Source of the DNA: Styela clava
Lineage: Eukaryota
Direction of reading: 5' to 3'
DNA: 64,000 nucleotides
Assembly (NCBI RefSeq): GCF_964204865.1
Contig: NC_135263.1
Coordinates: 19,468,001 to 19,532,000, forward strand
Shown here: positions 25,141-38,233 of the stretch, piece by piece
Position numbering within the stretch: position 1 is the stretch's first letter
Layout: every line of letters starts with the position of its first letter
Translations under genes and position numbers: made by a program
The notes under the pieces: generated by a model
Told to the model about the DNA's origin: nothing
The model's database searches: none
What the model saw: the letters and a program-made list of their open reading frames with translations, nothing else

Positions 25141-26087
25141 ATGTCCGCAAGCGACTTGTCACGGGATCAAGCCGGATTTACCCCCGAGCAGAAAAAATTA
25201 CAATGGTGTGAATACGTGAGGCGAGAGAAACATATAGCTGATAAGGCTTACGATTCTTGGGGAAAAGCTTACGGTAAGTGAAGCATACTGAATCTGCAAA
25301 TTTGACAATATTGACTGAATTATTTGGTTGTAAGGTAATTTGAAAGAAAAATAATTTTCAGGTACCTGGTTAACAGAAGAGCAGATCAAGCAAAATCTTT
25401 CATATTTTAACAATAGCAAAGATCATAAAGAATATTCAGAATATGAACGATTGTTTCACCTGAAAAGGGGATACGAAGAAAAATTGCATCGAGACGATCG
25501 AGCTAATAGGATTGGTCTAAATGTTCACGATGAGGTGAAGAGAATAATTATGCTTTATGCCAAGAAATGTTGAATTTTGTATGGTGGATGAAACAAGTTG
25601 TCCTAATCTAAAGCAACAAGTCTGTTTGAATTATTCACATAACTTTAAAACTAGGACACAGTTCAAACCCATATCTAACAATGTGATGGTATTTCCCAGA
25701 GGGGAAAAAAATCCAATAATCGAATAGTCGAATGACAAACTTGTGGCATACAATTAAGATGTGTTCAAGATTTAGTCTGAAATAAATTATTCTTAAATGC
25801 TACATGTACAGAATAAAACTAGTTAATTATATCCCTGGGTGATAGACAACTAGTGAGGAAAGTTAAATCTTACTTTTGTACCATGTAGTATGGCATATGA
25901 ACTTCAGGCATTTTTTCAAACTTAGGAAAGGAAAAAGGCGGTTCCTATTCTATCTTCATCAGTTTACGGCATTCGTCCAAAGCTAGAAGAACAGGCCAGA
26001 CAGCATGTGATAATTGAAAGCGTCAACAAAGGATTTTATCGATCACGAGGGACAAATATTCCCAGTAGTTCAACGCCAGGATCCTAA
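25141..26087 (+). CDS. CFAP90: Cilia- and flagella-associated protein 90 (C5orf49) homologue (155 aa, 3 exons)
   Basis: Exons 25141-25273, 25362-25534, 25926-26087; GT-AG introns, phases 1 and 0. Translation contains YERLFHLKRGYEEKLHRDDR..GLNVHDEE..VPILSSSVYG..KGFYRSRGTNI, matching C5orf49/CFAP90 motifs as I recall them. Confidence 0.88.
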
Positions 26088-26465
26088 CATTCCATGCTTT
26101 ATGTACCGTATTTAACTTAAATTTTAGTGTTAAATCAATGTGTTTCATAATACAGTATTTGTTAAATTTATATTGTTACTTACTTTGACATATTTACAGC
26201 CATAAAATAAATTTGTGTTGAGTAACCACTTCGAAAAGCACCAGGATTTTCTGGGAATGAATATCATATCGCCAGTGCCGTACACGCATCCATGACGCAT
26301 TGGTTTTAATTGAACGGTTAAAATTTGGTGCCTTGGTGAACTTGAATTCCCGAAATCGCACTTGTCAAACAACAAATTAGACAATGTCAAAAGGCGGCAA
26401 TTTCCCAACATTATCAATACTTTTTCGACAGATACTTGACAGTGTAGTGTCAGAACTACGTAAAA

Positions 26466-26904
26466 CAGTGGTCAGCAAACCCTATGTACATGCGGGCCAA
26501 ATATACACATTTCCGGTAGTGTGCGGGCCGCATCAATCTCCGCCTACAAACAATCGCCACATTTACCTTCAAATTATGGCGCACTCGCACATTCTATGGC
26601 TGTGTTAAAAAACTTGCCACAATGAGACGTGCTGTATGTGGTCTTTTTAATATATTATCAAACACAGCATTGTTTTTATTTTCTCATTATCAATGGGATC
26701 TGTGTCATATCAACTTCGTTCCCCCCGATACTTCTCCAAATGACGATCTGACAATCGATTGCGAAGTTTATTCTTAGTGTAATACTATAAAGCGGCTCAC
26801 AGCAATATGTGCTTCCGTGCACATTACACGTATTTCTCTGTCGCACAGACGGTTATTTAAGGGCCGCAAAAAAATAGCTCGCGGGCCGCAGTTTGCCACC
26901 CCTA
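26466..26904. mobile_element. hAT Buster/Charlie-like MITE
   Basis: CAGTGGTCAGCAAAC / GTTTGCCACCCCT termini; subterminal GCGGGCC motifs. Confidence 0.7.
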
Positions 26905-27413
26905 GATTTTATACACCACATCAAGACTGTAAATCATACCGATTTGTATCACAAGTCGATCACATTATGGAGTTCTTTATCTTTCAAATAAATAATGTCT
27001 TAATTACATCGGAATTTGTATTTTATATAAAAATATACAATAGCGATCCTACATAAGCACGCCAGCGACCAGCCAAGTTCTGCCATTCACGTTGTAATAA
27101 TGGTCCGTGTTAATAATGGAAGACCCCTTAGACGCCTCTCACGTGCGACCTTTATATTGGACAGGTCTTTCTGAAACGATGGTATAAAAACGCCTCCTAA
27201 AGCGCAGTAAATTATTAAGTTTTTATTAAATACTATTCACAGTCAAAGATTGCCGCTGTAGAACGCCAAGCAACGTTTTAATTTTGACCTGGACGCTTAT
27301 TCTGTTACGTACCTTTGTTACCATGTCATAGACAAAGACATACTCATAGACAAAGCTGCAAACGGCCACCAACTAAGACGAACAATATTTATTTTTTTGT
27401 CTAGGGTTTAGGG

Positions 27414-27978
27414 CAGGGTCGTCCAACCCGTCGTAGGTTTCCGAGTGGCCCGCGCGGTATTATTCGAATCCCAATGTCTTTTACAAATCTAGGCCATTTT
27501 TGAAACCTCTAATCAAAAAATTATTTCATTTAGGTCCCATTGTGTTATTCCCGTTATTGCTGGAGAGAGATGTTTGAATTTATTTTTATCGTGTGCCATG
27601 TATTTTAATCTGTTTTTCTGTCCTTTTTCTTTGAAGCTAGAAGAGGCGGTTTTTATGACCTCAATATTTGACAGCACATAGGCTACTTGTACGAGCAAGT
27701 TTTTTTCGCTGATGAACCAATTCAAATCCCCTGTGAGATCACTAATTTCTGACAGGCATATGCAAAATTCGCTATGCATTGCTACCTCGTCCATCGCATA
27801 TTGACAAACTCATTGAATAAAAGCGGTGTCATACTTGGCATTGAAATATCTATGTTTGATAAAAACTTTTGACTTAACTGTATCTTGAAAACTGAAACAT
27901 AAAAACCATGTCAAGTGGCCCGCGCAATCATTCGTAAACTAAATGTGGCCTTTTGGCCAAAAAGGTTGGACAACCATG
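27414..27978. mobile_element. hAT Buster/Charlie-like MITE
   Basis: TIR CAGGGTCGTCCAACC / GGTTGGACAACCATG; perfect TSD GTTTAGGG. Confidence 0.85.
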
Positions 27979-27999
27979 GTTTAGGGTTTAACCTAAATA

Positions 28000-28618
28000 C
28001 AGTGAAATCTTGGTAGTCGACATTCGGACAATTCTGTAGTCGACAAAACAATTCTAGTCAGAAATGCTGTGGTACTCGAACTAAAATCCGGTGCTCGAAC
28101 ACCCGAGCGCGCCGCCGAGTGTGATGATGTCAACCAAACCGCGCGTATCGGCTGTCTCTGGACCATTTAACATTGATCGATGCTCAAATATGTGGACACG
28201 AAAGTCAAAAGAAGTAATACGGGTATGCAATCTGTCACAATAAACTACCGGGACGGCAATCTTCACGACTATGCGATTCTCACGCGAAAGCGGAACCGCC
28301 ACGAAGTGCGCGAATTTGATAACGTCATCACACACAAAAATGAATCCCATAGAGCCCACAAAAATATGCTCAAACGTACAGTAATTGATACAATTTTATT
28401 TTTTATTTTTCATCTCTATTATGTACACATTTAAATAATTATTGTTGTTTCGGTGCACGTTTCGTTAATATGTTGGTTATTTTGGAATGCGTAAGAACGA
28501 ATTAAATAATCACCATTGTTCCTCATGACAAAAAAGTTTCATTACTCGAACAAATCGATAGCAGAACACTAATCCTAAACGAATTATGTTCGACTACCGA
28601 GGTATGTTGGTATCACTG
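28000..28618. mobile_element. pogo/Tigger-like MITE
   Basis: TA-CAGTGAAATCTTGGTAGTCGAC left end; TTCGACTACCGAGGT right end, boundary approximate. Confidence 0.6.
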
Positions 28619-30099
28619 ATAATTTAATCTTCTGCACATTCCCACATTGTCTGAAACAGAGGAGAATTATGAGCCTTTGAATTTATTGCAAGCACATTCC
28701 ATGATATTTCAAAATTAAGTATTGAGATATTAGCGAAATGCAAGCCCGTAACGGCTCGACAAAGTTCATATTCACCGAGAAATCACGAAACTGAACATGA
28801 AACGTAATATGAGGAGGATAAGAAGATAAAAGAATGTGATAATAAAGTGATCATATTGCGAGGTAATCCTGATATTGTAGCAAACACCCGATGAATGAAT
28901 TCAGTGCACCACCATACTATTCAAAAACATTTGGTAAAATACCCTATAATAGCATTGAAGGCTATTTTATGGCAGCCGTTTGTCGCATTGTAAAATCGCA
29001 TCGATAAAAATCTTACTTACACGTGCTTGGCATATGAAGGCATTGTAAAAATTGTCATTCTTTCTTTCAAATTCAAAACATAATACCAGGTAGTATGAGT
29101 TCGCAAATATTGCGGATCGATGTTACTTGAAGGGTGTTATGTAATCGTCATCGAAGACGGCGACGCTTTATCCGTTAAAACTTACCGCAAGCAGGACTTC
29201 AACAAAAAGAAGTCTGTGCTGCTTTCGGCTGCAATAATTGAAACGTCAACGCTTCCAAAAACGTATAGATGTAGAGAATGAGTGAGCGCCAATACCAGAA
29301 AGACCTAGCATAAAAAATGACACTGGAGCAACTACTTTTTGAGGACAATCAGATAGAATTTGAGTAGGCATATTATTTCGCTTTTCTAGTTATAGTAATT
29401 GTAACAAGTTTTAAATATTCGAGCCTGTGGTAAAAAAAGTGAAAAAGTCCCTAATGGTGATTTAAATTTAATGATTGAAATAAAATGGCCACAGTTTTCT
29501 AATTATATAGTAACAGCGACCGAAAAGTGCATGTTTTGACTTCGTGATATGTACAAACATTTCACAATATCATATACTAACGTTACTAATAATAATTGAA
29601 CAAATATTTAAACTTCACGCGACGCAGATACCAGTGAACGCACCAATAACAATAACTGCAGCGTAAAGTGTCGGTTCGAGAATTAGATGGTACAAGTAAC
29701 TTGTAATGTCAAAATTTGCGCGAGGTTTTTATCGTTGAAAGAAAATGACCTTTTATTTTGAATATTATTTTTCCACAAAATTAATTAATATTAATTAAAT
29801 CTACTTGGCGAGAATTTACTTCTGTTAAAAGAAATCAAAATCGCATTGGAAACTTCATTCAAGATACCGAGCAAAAAACGAATTCGCTCCTCCGATATGT
29901 TTCACCTTCTAAATGGGAAATTCCGTTCAGTAGAAACTAGAAATCCGACAAAGAGTGAGATAGCGGTGTTTAATCAATACGAATGTCAGCTGCAGCTTTT
30001 GAATGCCAAAAACACCGGTCACGCCGTCATACAGCAAATTATACTAGAAGCTAGGAATATCTAATCCAATTGAGGTGGAATTTTTTAGATATTGCAAAA

Positions 30100-33000
30100 A
30101 TGTCAGCTAGCTTTATTTCGAACAATAACAATGAAAAAGAATCAGATAACAGTGACACAGTTGTTCGATATTCGTCGAGGGGGATGAGTGAGGATTCTGA
30201 ATGTGAACTACTGAGAAAGTTTTCAACAGATGGAAATGCAGATGGCGATGTGGTGAGTTTTATTCCTGTATTAAATCTCTATTAGCTATGTCATTCATAA
30301 AACCTGACATTGTTATACTCTGCAATATAACTTTAATTATTCTGACATAAACATGTTAAATAAACGATTCTTTTGTAATTAGTTATAATTAGATAGGATT
30401 GGGCTTTTTTCAAATTGAATAGATTTTTTAACATGATAAACTCGACACAACCTATATATTTGCAGTTTTTTGAAGGATTCGATCCACGAACCAGTGGTGA
30501 TTCGGCTACAGGATTGCTGGTCAGCTCAGGTGGTGATGTTGAAAGTTTGCGAGAAAAAGAAAGAGAACAATGGGATAAGAAAATTGATTACATTTTATCC
30601 ATGGTCGGATTTGCTGTTGATCTTGCAAACGTGTGGCGATTTCCATATTTATGTTACAAGAATGGAGGAGGTACGTATGTTCTAAATATACACCCAAACA
30701 GTATTCGATGCACAGTTTAGCATAAAGGACACGCGCATACCGGCCCCAGAATTATTTGCGTGGGATACGAGATTTATGGCTTTTTCCGAAAATCGTAAAA
30801 ACCAGGTACAGACGATAATGAATGCACTATTGTTATAAGTAAATAATGTTTGGCTGATTACTAGAGGCGTACTTTTACCTATAATTCCTCTGTAATAGGA
30901 GATCACTCGACCAAAAAGAATGTTGATACATGACATTTTTTTCATTCACACAAAATTCACAAGTATTTGTTATGATTACATTCACTGGTTAGTGATGTAC
31001 TGCTTTTTTCGTTTACGTCCATAGGAACGCTAGTGGGTGTACATGCAAAATGAAATGTACAACTTCAGTAAATTTAAATGTCAAAAGGCGTCGTATAAAA
31101 AAGATATATATTATATACATAAGTCATCCATGTATTATTAAACGGATGTGATAGTGCTGGATTTGCGGAATCTTCAATGAACAATGATACATTTCCTGTG
31201 CTAGTCATAATACATTACTTTAACTGCGAAATGGTGCCAATATTAACGTTTTTTTTTGTACTCAAATTGAATTTCGTAAAGGTATGTTAAAAAGAGGAAT
31301 TTTAATTAACGCAAAGCTGCGTATCAAATTAGTTTCACCTCTACTTCTATCTCATTATTATTGGGGTTCAAATTAAAATTGATGTTCGTCGGCGAATTTG
31401 TCCGTGATGCACAGCGTGAATGATCCAAATTGTTTCAGGTGTAACATGAAAACTTTGCTGTAAAAAAGGGTTTGTTTCATTGAAATTAGAACAATGGTAT
31501 TCAATGATCCATATCTTCAGCTTAAACTTATTATCTAACTTTGCAAGCAAGTGGAAGTAAACTCATTAATTAAGTTAGTGTTTGGCTGTTATGCTCGTCA
31601 CTTTCGTGAGTTTTACGCCGGCATTTTATGTCAAATTTTTATAAAAGTGTTTCTTATTACCTATATTTGATGGATAATTGAATACATAAAAATACTTTAT
31701 TCGCTAAATATACGATTCAAAATAAGCTAGATCTGGGCACTTCGAATCGAATATTCGAATTAATATTCGATTCGAATAGTAAATTATTTGAATCGGTTCA
31801 AAGCAAAATTTCGAATCGCCGCCATCTTGTTTTTTTGCTTTCCACCAATGGTTGAGGTGAATTCTCCAATTTTTTTTTCATCGAAGCCATATTTTTTTAA
31901 TGCCATTCTGATATATGACTATTTTCTGAGTGAGTTAATGATAAATATGTGTTTTTATTGCGTGTGAACGCTCAGTAATCTGTCCAAGTGATGTATTCTA
32001 TGTTTCCAGTCATTCATTTGTTGACAGGACCAATTACAATAAAAAGTTGCATACAATTACATATTTCTCATTGACTCCCAAGTGTTCAAAATTCGATTCA
32101 TTCGAAAAAAAATATTCGATTCGATTCTGACATCACCAGGTATTCGAAAATGCTCATCCCTAAAAATAACATGAAAACTTCGATTTTGAGAGTAACTAAA
32201 TTAAGGAAATCTATAAAATAATAAGGCAAATTGACTCAAATTTAAACGCGCTCCGTGAGCGTACCTAAAACGTCACGATATAGAATATATCTTTGATTTT
32301 TTCACACAGGAATATTTCTCATCCCGTATACGATATTTCTATTGCTGGCAGGAATTCCTTTGTTTTTCATGGAGCTTGGACTTGGGCAGTTCAATAAACA
32401 AGGGCCAGTCACAATATGGAAAATTTGCCCACTTTTCAAAGGTAAACTTTCGGAAGGAACATCCTTGTTTCGTAATGCGAGTTAATTAATTCTCAGCTTT
32501 TATTGTTCTTATATATAATGATGTTCGGCAAAACCTAATTTTCCCAGAACTTGTAAAAAAGTAAAAAACAGTTATTTTCAATAGAAAAGCAAAATGTGCT
32601 GTTCCCAGTGATTAAAAAGAAACCGCGTTATTTTTTTTCGAAAACAATAACTAGAAATTGATTGTTTGAGGACATTATGACGACTTTTTGTAGAATATTC
32701 CCTATAGCCAGCAAAATTGTATTAATTTACAATAAACGTTAATTCTCCTATTCAATCCATCTTAGGAATCGGATACGCCATGATGCTGATAACATTGTAC
32801 GTTATGTTTTATTATACGTGCATAATAGCCTGGTCAGTATATTTCATAGCTCGGTCGTTGACGAGTTTTTTACCTTGGACCTGTTGTGGTAATGCTTGGA
32901 ATACAGCAAACTGTCGTGAACAACTTGGGAATATTACAACTAATCCAATTTGCGGTAAGTGCGCATTCATTAGCATCATATCCTACACGAAAATGAGAGC

Positions 33001-36000
33001 GTAATATCCCCTTTAGAAGAGGAAAGTCGGTAGTTTTATGTATCGTAATTACATCGTCAGTTATTTTATCATTATGATTCTTTTAGCTTGACCCCATGAA
33101 ATGCCGATATAATATAATTTAGCCACATGAAAAGTACTGCATAACATACGTTGTGCATATAATTATCATTCAGACGAAAGAAGAAATGCTTCATTACTTA
33201 ACAGTACTTTTGTGCAACCAAACTTAACACGGGAAGTTGATGAAACCGATATATTTAAGCATACACCTGCTTCAGAATTTTACTAGTAAGAAAGAGATAT
33301 TTTATAAAAGATTAACTGCAAAAAAGAACACGACGAGACTGTCACGATATATACAGAATTTAAATTTTTTTTAAGCGTGATCTAACTCAAATATGTGAAA
33401 CGTATGAAATATTTTTTTTAATAAATAAAAAATATAAATCAACATATGATTGTGGAAACTTGGACAGATTTATTCAAATAAATATATTGCCAGAGATTCG
33501 AATGACTACTAGTCATGAATTGAAATTTAGTTTTACTTAATAAAAATAAGCAAGCAATCGGTTGGTATTTAGCCTATATCCTATTGTAGAACGCCAATTT
33601 TACCACCAAACTATATAAAAACAAAAATTGTTTTGGATTTATTGGTCTTGTGTTTTATTTTGATTCTACAGTCGCGAAGTTCTACACGTTCATGAAAGCA
33701 GAGGAATCGATGATTTGGGAGTTCCAAGATGGGAATTGGCAATTTGCCTATTTTTTGTAGTATTCTTACTGTTTGCTGTCATTGCCCGCGGTGTACGAAC
33801 ATCAGGGAAAGTGAGTATATAACGCAATCATAGGTATTTTTAAGTAATAATAAGTACTGATTGTGTTATGGGATCATCGTTTCTGTCTGATGAGCGTAGA
33901 TTAGAACTCGATCAACGGAAACACAATTTTGGTATCAGATAAATATAATATGAAAAACTGGAAAAAAGGTTACATTTTCGCTATATAGCAATAGAACTAT
34001 GATTAGGTAAATATATATGTATCTTCATTTTATCGAATACAACAATCCTTGTATTATTAGCTGCTAAGTGATATTTTTTAAAATGGATCCTGACAAGTAA
34101 AAGTATGTTGATCTAATCTTTCCATTCATTTCTGACTTCGACATGTTACACTTGCAAATACCACAGATCCACTTAAAATTCCAAACTAAATTTTGTTACG
34201 CTGGTAACGAGGCGTTTAAAAATATAAATCTACCTACAGTATCCACAAACTTAACCACGCTTGACGTGTACATGCCTTAGAAGGTTAATTTATTTTAGCT
34301 TTTTCATGGATTAGTAGAGTTGACTTTTCCCTGGTAAATACTATATTGGCTACACGTTTGGTTGGTTTATTCAAACTAAAAATTTATATAGATATATAGA
34401 GATATCAAGATATTCTATGTTGAACTTAAAGCAAGAAAAAAAGGAGAAAACATGAGCCACTTTCTTCAAATTCACAATTGTTGTGTTGTAAAGTTTTACA
34501 GGGAATTTGTTAGAAAAATATAATCTTAAAATAAATTCAAAACTGTATTACAGGTTGTGTGGGTGACTGCAACAATGCCGTACATTGTTTTATTCATATT
34601 GATGATCCGAGCAGTTACGTTACCTGGTGCAACATTAGGAATTCAGTATTATTTGAGTCCAAATATTACAAGACTCGGTGATGTGGAGGTAATATTAGTT
34701 AGCAATATATAGTTATATTTATTATTGTTTCTCGAAAATGAGAATGCATTAAATTCTGTAGTTTGTATTTTGATATTACTGAAATTTGTTTCTCTTTCTA
34801 TGTCTCAGGTTTGGACTGATGCTGCCACACAAATATTCTATTCCCTTGGAGTTGGATTTGGAGTCCACATGACATTTGCAAGCTATAACCGTTTTGACAA
34901 CAATATCAGAGTGAGTCCATATTACCAAAGGCAACATGCATGCAGGTTTTGCCCGTTTTACCTATTACCTAAGCAGGCATAGGCGAACAAAATTAGCTAT
35001 CTCCATATTGTTACACATACTTTTGGAGCGCCCAATTTTGTCCATATGATTTTAGTTGTGTTCACCAATTCGTGAATAATCGTTGATGTCGGACTATCTG
35101 AAAAGTTTAACGAAATCATTCTATTAATGACGTATCATTTAATACAGCTGAGCTCAAATTTCCAAGACAAAAATCCATGCACATAAATTTAAATGCAACC
35201 AAAAGAAACTATTTATTGCAAGTTGCCTAATATTTTTGACTGTATGGAAAAATTTTAAGCGCCATTTTTCTTTCTTTACAACTGCTTATTAGAAACATTT
35301 TACTTTAGTTTGATGCAATCGTGACGTCGCTAATCAATTGTTGTACAAGTTTTTTGTCCGGTTTCATGATTTTCTCAGTTCTGGGATATATGGCGGTGAA
35401 AAACAACGTGGATATTGATAAAGTTGCCACAGACGGTTAGTTTTTTAATTTACCTACACTTATTTGACCCAGCATTCTGCTGGAAGTTGGAAAATGAGAG
35501 ATGTCAATTACATTTAACAGGTCCTGGACTGGTATTCGTTGTATATCCTGAAGTCATTTCGCAAATTCCTGGAGCACCGTTCTGGTCATTTGTATTCTTT
35601 GTCATGTTGCTAACGTTGGGAATTGACAGTGCGGTAGGTATGCTTAGTTCATGACACAATTGAGCAGAAGCATTCTTGATTCCAGCCCATTCATTCACGA
35701 ATGTACATTTTTTTAAACAGCATTCAAGGCTATCTATATCTTGATATTTTTAAACAATTACTCTAAAATACCTCAAACTAGAATTCGAAACAGCATAATT
35801 TTCATATGGAAATTATACTTATATATTTAATTGCAATTCAACATTTTATAGACGATCGTTATAAATAACTGACACCGTTACTAATTTAGATGGCAATTTG
35901 TGTTTTTGGTGTGCCGAACATTTGACTAATGAACTAATTAAAGTTTCCCAGTTTTTTCATCGCACGAAAGCGAGGATTTGATAAATTACGTCAGCTTGCG

Positions 36001-38233
36001 TGATAATCTTTGCCTAATAAGTTTATTTCACCATTTAACTATACAGATGGGAGCAATGGAAGCTCTAGTCACCGGTATAAGCGATGACATCATGTTCGTC
36101 AAAAAGCATAGAATATTTTTTGTTGCCGGATTGAATATTTTCGTCTACTTTCTTGCATTCTTGAACATAACCAATGTAAGTGCATGAAAAATGTAGGTGA
36201 TCTTATAAAGTTAATGTCAGGTACCAATTGCTGCATGTTCGTTGTCAACCACAGTCGATATTTCCGTAGCAACAGTAGACCTCGGCGTGTCAGTCAGTGA
36301 GTGGTCTGTTATGTCTCCCATTATATTAGTGAACGCCAGTAGTTCTGCCATCTCTTAAATTAACCTTGAACTGAAATACTATTTTCATGTTATAGTGCAG
36401 TATAATCATTATTGCCTTGTGGATGGATAAACAGGTACGTTAGAGCAATGTCTACGGTTTTTTTCGAAATCTTCACCTTAAAATTAAATATGACAGCAAT
36501 TCTTTTATCTATTCAATTTATATTCTTCCATTGTCCATTTCCAAGATGGCTTCGATGTCATTGCGGTTTTTTTGTATGACGGTCTGCCGAATGTCTTTCG
36601 AAGGTCTCACTCTGACCACTGAAACGCCACTGTCCTTAGGTATTGAAATATCAGTTGGGGCTTAACACTTGATAAACTATTATAAAATAAACGAGTAGGC
36701 AATTTTGAATCAATAAATTCACCTTTTTGATAATGAACTTTAGTTAGGATATCAGGTCGTTGAAATATTTCAGGCCTCCCGTGAAGTCTCAGAGGCCATG
36801 ACAGGCAGTCATTAATAATAACCTTTCCTTGGTTGTCGAATTCTGAAAACATGATATTCCATTGAAGGGCGGAATCTACATTTTAACTCTCCTGGACACT
36901 CATTCTGCTGGAACATCTCTTCTGTTTTGTGTCTTCTTGGAAAGTACCGTTGTTGCGTGGGTTTACGGCGTTGATCGATTCTCTGGAGACATTGAACAGA
37001 TGCTGGGATATATACCAAACGTTTTATGGAGAGTGTGTTGGAAATTCATTAGTCCGGCATTTTTGTTGGTTTGTCATTCAATTCATTTGTTATTAAAATA
37101 CAAAAAGTTTATTCGCGTTACGTCCTTCATGCCCTTCGTTTGATATTGTAACACTCGGTGGTAAAATTAAAAATTGAAACATCAATGTGAAATATCATTT
37201 TTAAAACCCGTAATTTAAATGTTGACTATTCGCTTTATGTATTATGTATACAGCGATTATACACTATTGGGTACTCCCGTAGTATTTGTACCAGGTTAGG
37301 GTTAGGCGATAATTTCATTCCGATTTTCCTTATTTTAGTTCTATTGCGAGTTCGAGGACTGTCTGTGTTAGCCAAGTGAATATCCTCGTTTCGATAGATT
37401 TCAGTTCCTTCACACAACTTGATGTAAAATAGGCGAACAAAATTAGTTACCTTAGATACCATATTGGTACACATACTTCTGGAGCGCCCACTATTGTACC
37501 AAATTATGATTACAATTTTTTTAGTTCATCGTTATCATGAGCATAGCGAACTATTCATCTATGGAATATGGTTCGTATAAGTTTCCTTCTTGGGCAGACA
37601 CAGTTGGATGGTTAATCGCGGGATCATCGATGATATTGGTACCATGTGTTGCCATTTATAAACTCAGTGTTCTTCCAGGAAACTTCAAACAGGTTAAAGC
37701 TATTTTATATAAGTTGCAATTGCACAACATCATTGTTAATGTTTTGTATATATAGGATATAGTTTTAAGAGCAATAAACTTGAGCTTTTGAATATGAGGA
37801 AATTGAAAACAACTTAATATATAATATAATTTAACTAAAACTGGTATTTAATCCATAACACCAGTATCCCTTCGGTACGAGATTTTTACCAATAGATGAA
37901 TAAAAATGACTTTTTATCATTTTATTTTCTAGAAATTGGCACTTTCAGTTTCTCCGGAACAAGATCACAAATCAATTATAGAGGGTCGACTTACAGTCAA
38001 GCAGTCCCAGGTAAGTTGGTGCGTCGATTCGCATGTTTGAATTTATCTTTAACATTAAAAAATATTCAATTGAGATTATAAAATAATTGATTTAATTTTT
38101 TACAAAAACATAATTTTCAAAACTCTCTCGATTCAAGCAAAATTTAATACTATAAATCCATTTATCTATATATATAACAATTTAAGTTATTACTACTCGT
38201 GTTTTTCAGCTGAAGCATTGGACAGCAATATGA
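30100..38233 (+). CDS. SLC6A2/3: Na+/Cl- dependent monoamine transporter, DAT/NET (SLC6A2/SLC6A3)-like (668 aa, 15 coding exons)
   Basis: Exons 30100-30252, 30466-30670, 32310-32441, 32766-32954, 33174-33285, 33672-33810, 34554-34688, 34809-34910, 35309-35435, 35521-35633, 36047-36175, 36868-37068, 37525-37692, 37933-38010, 38210-38233. All GT-AG, 2007 nt, open frame. TM1 [22 protein letters not shown] with the monoamine-binding Asp; TM8 TLGIDSAMG; C-terminus LKHWTAI. Confidence 0.93.
31728..32162. mobile_element. hAT-like MITE with TTCGAA subterminal repeats
   Basis: TAGATCTGGGCA / TGCTCATCCCTA termini; degenerate TSD AAATAAGC/AAATAACA; a related left end occurs near 7643. Confidence 0.7.
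37270..37488. mobile_element. Merlin-like MITE
   Basis: GG...CC termini (GGTACTCCCGTAGTAT / ATACTTCTGGAGCGCC); perfect 8-bp TSD CACTATTG. Confidence 0.85.

Noticed and set aside
34911-34916. Non-canonical GA donor restoring the 104-nt exon
   Set aside because: It would also need a non-AG acceptor; the canonical GT-AG solution keeps the frame open
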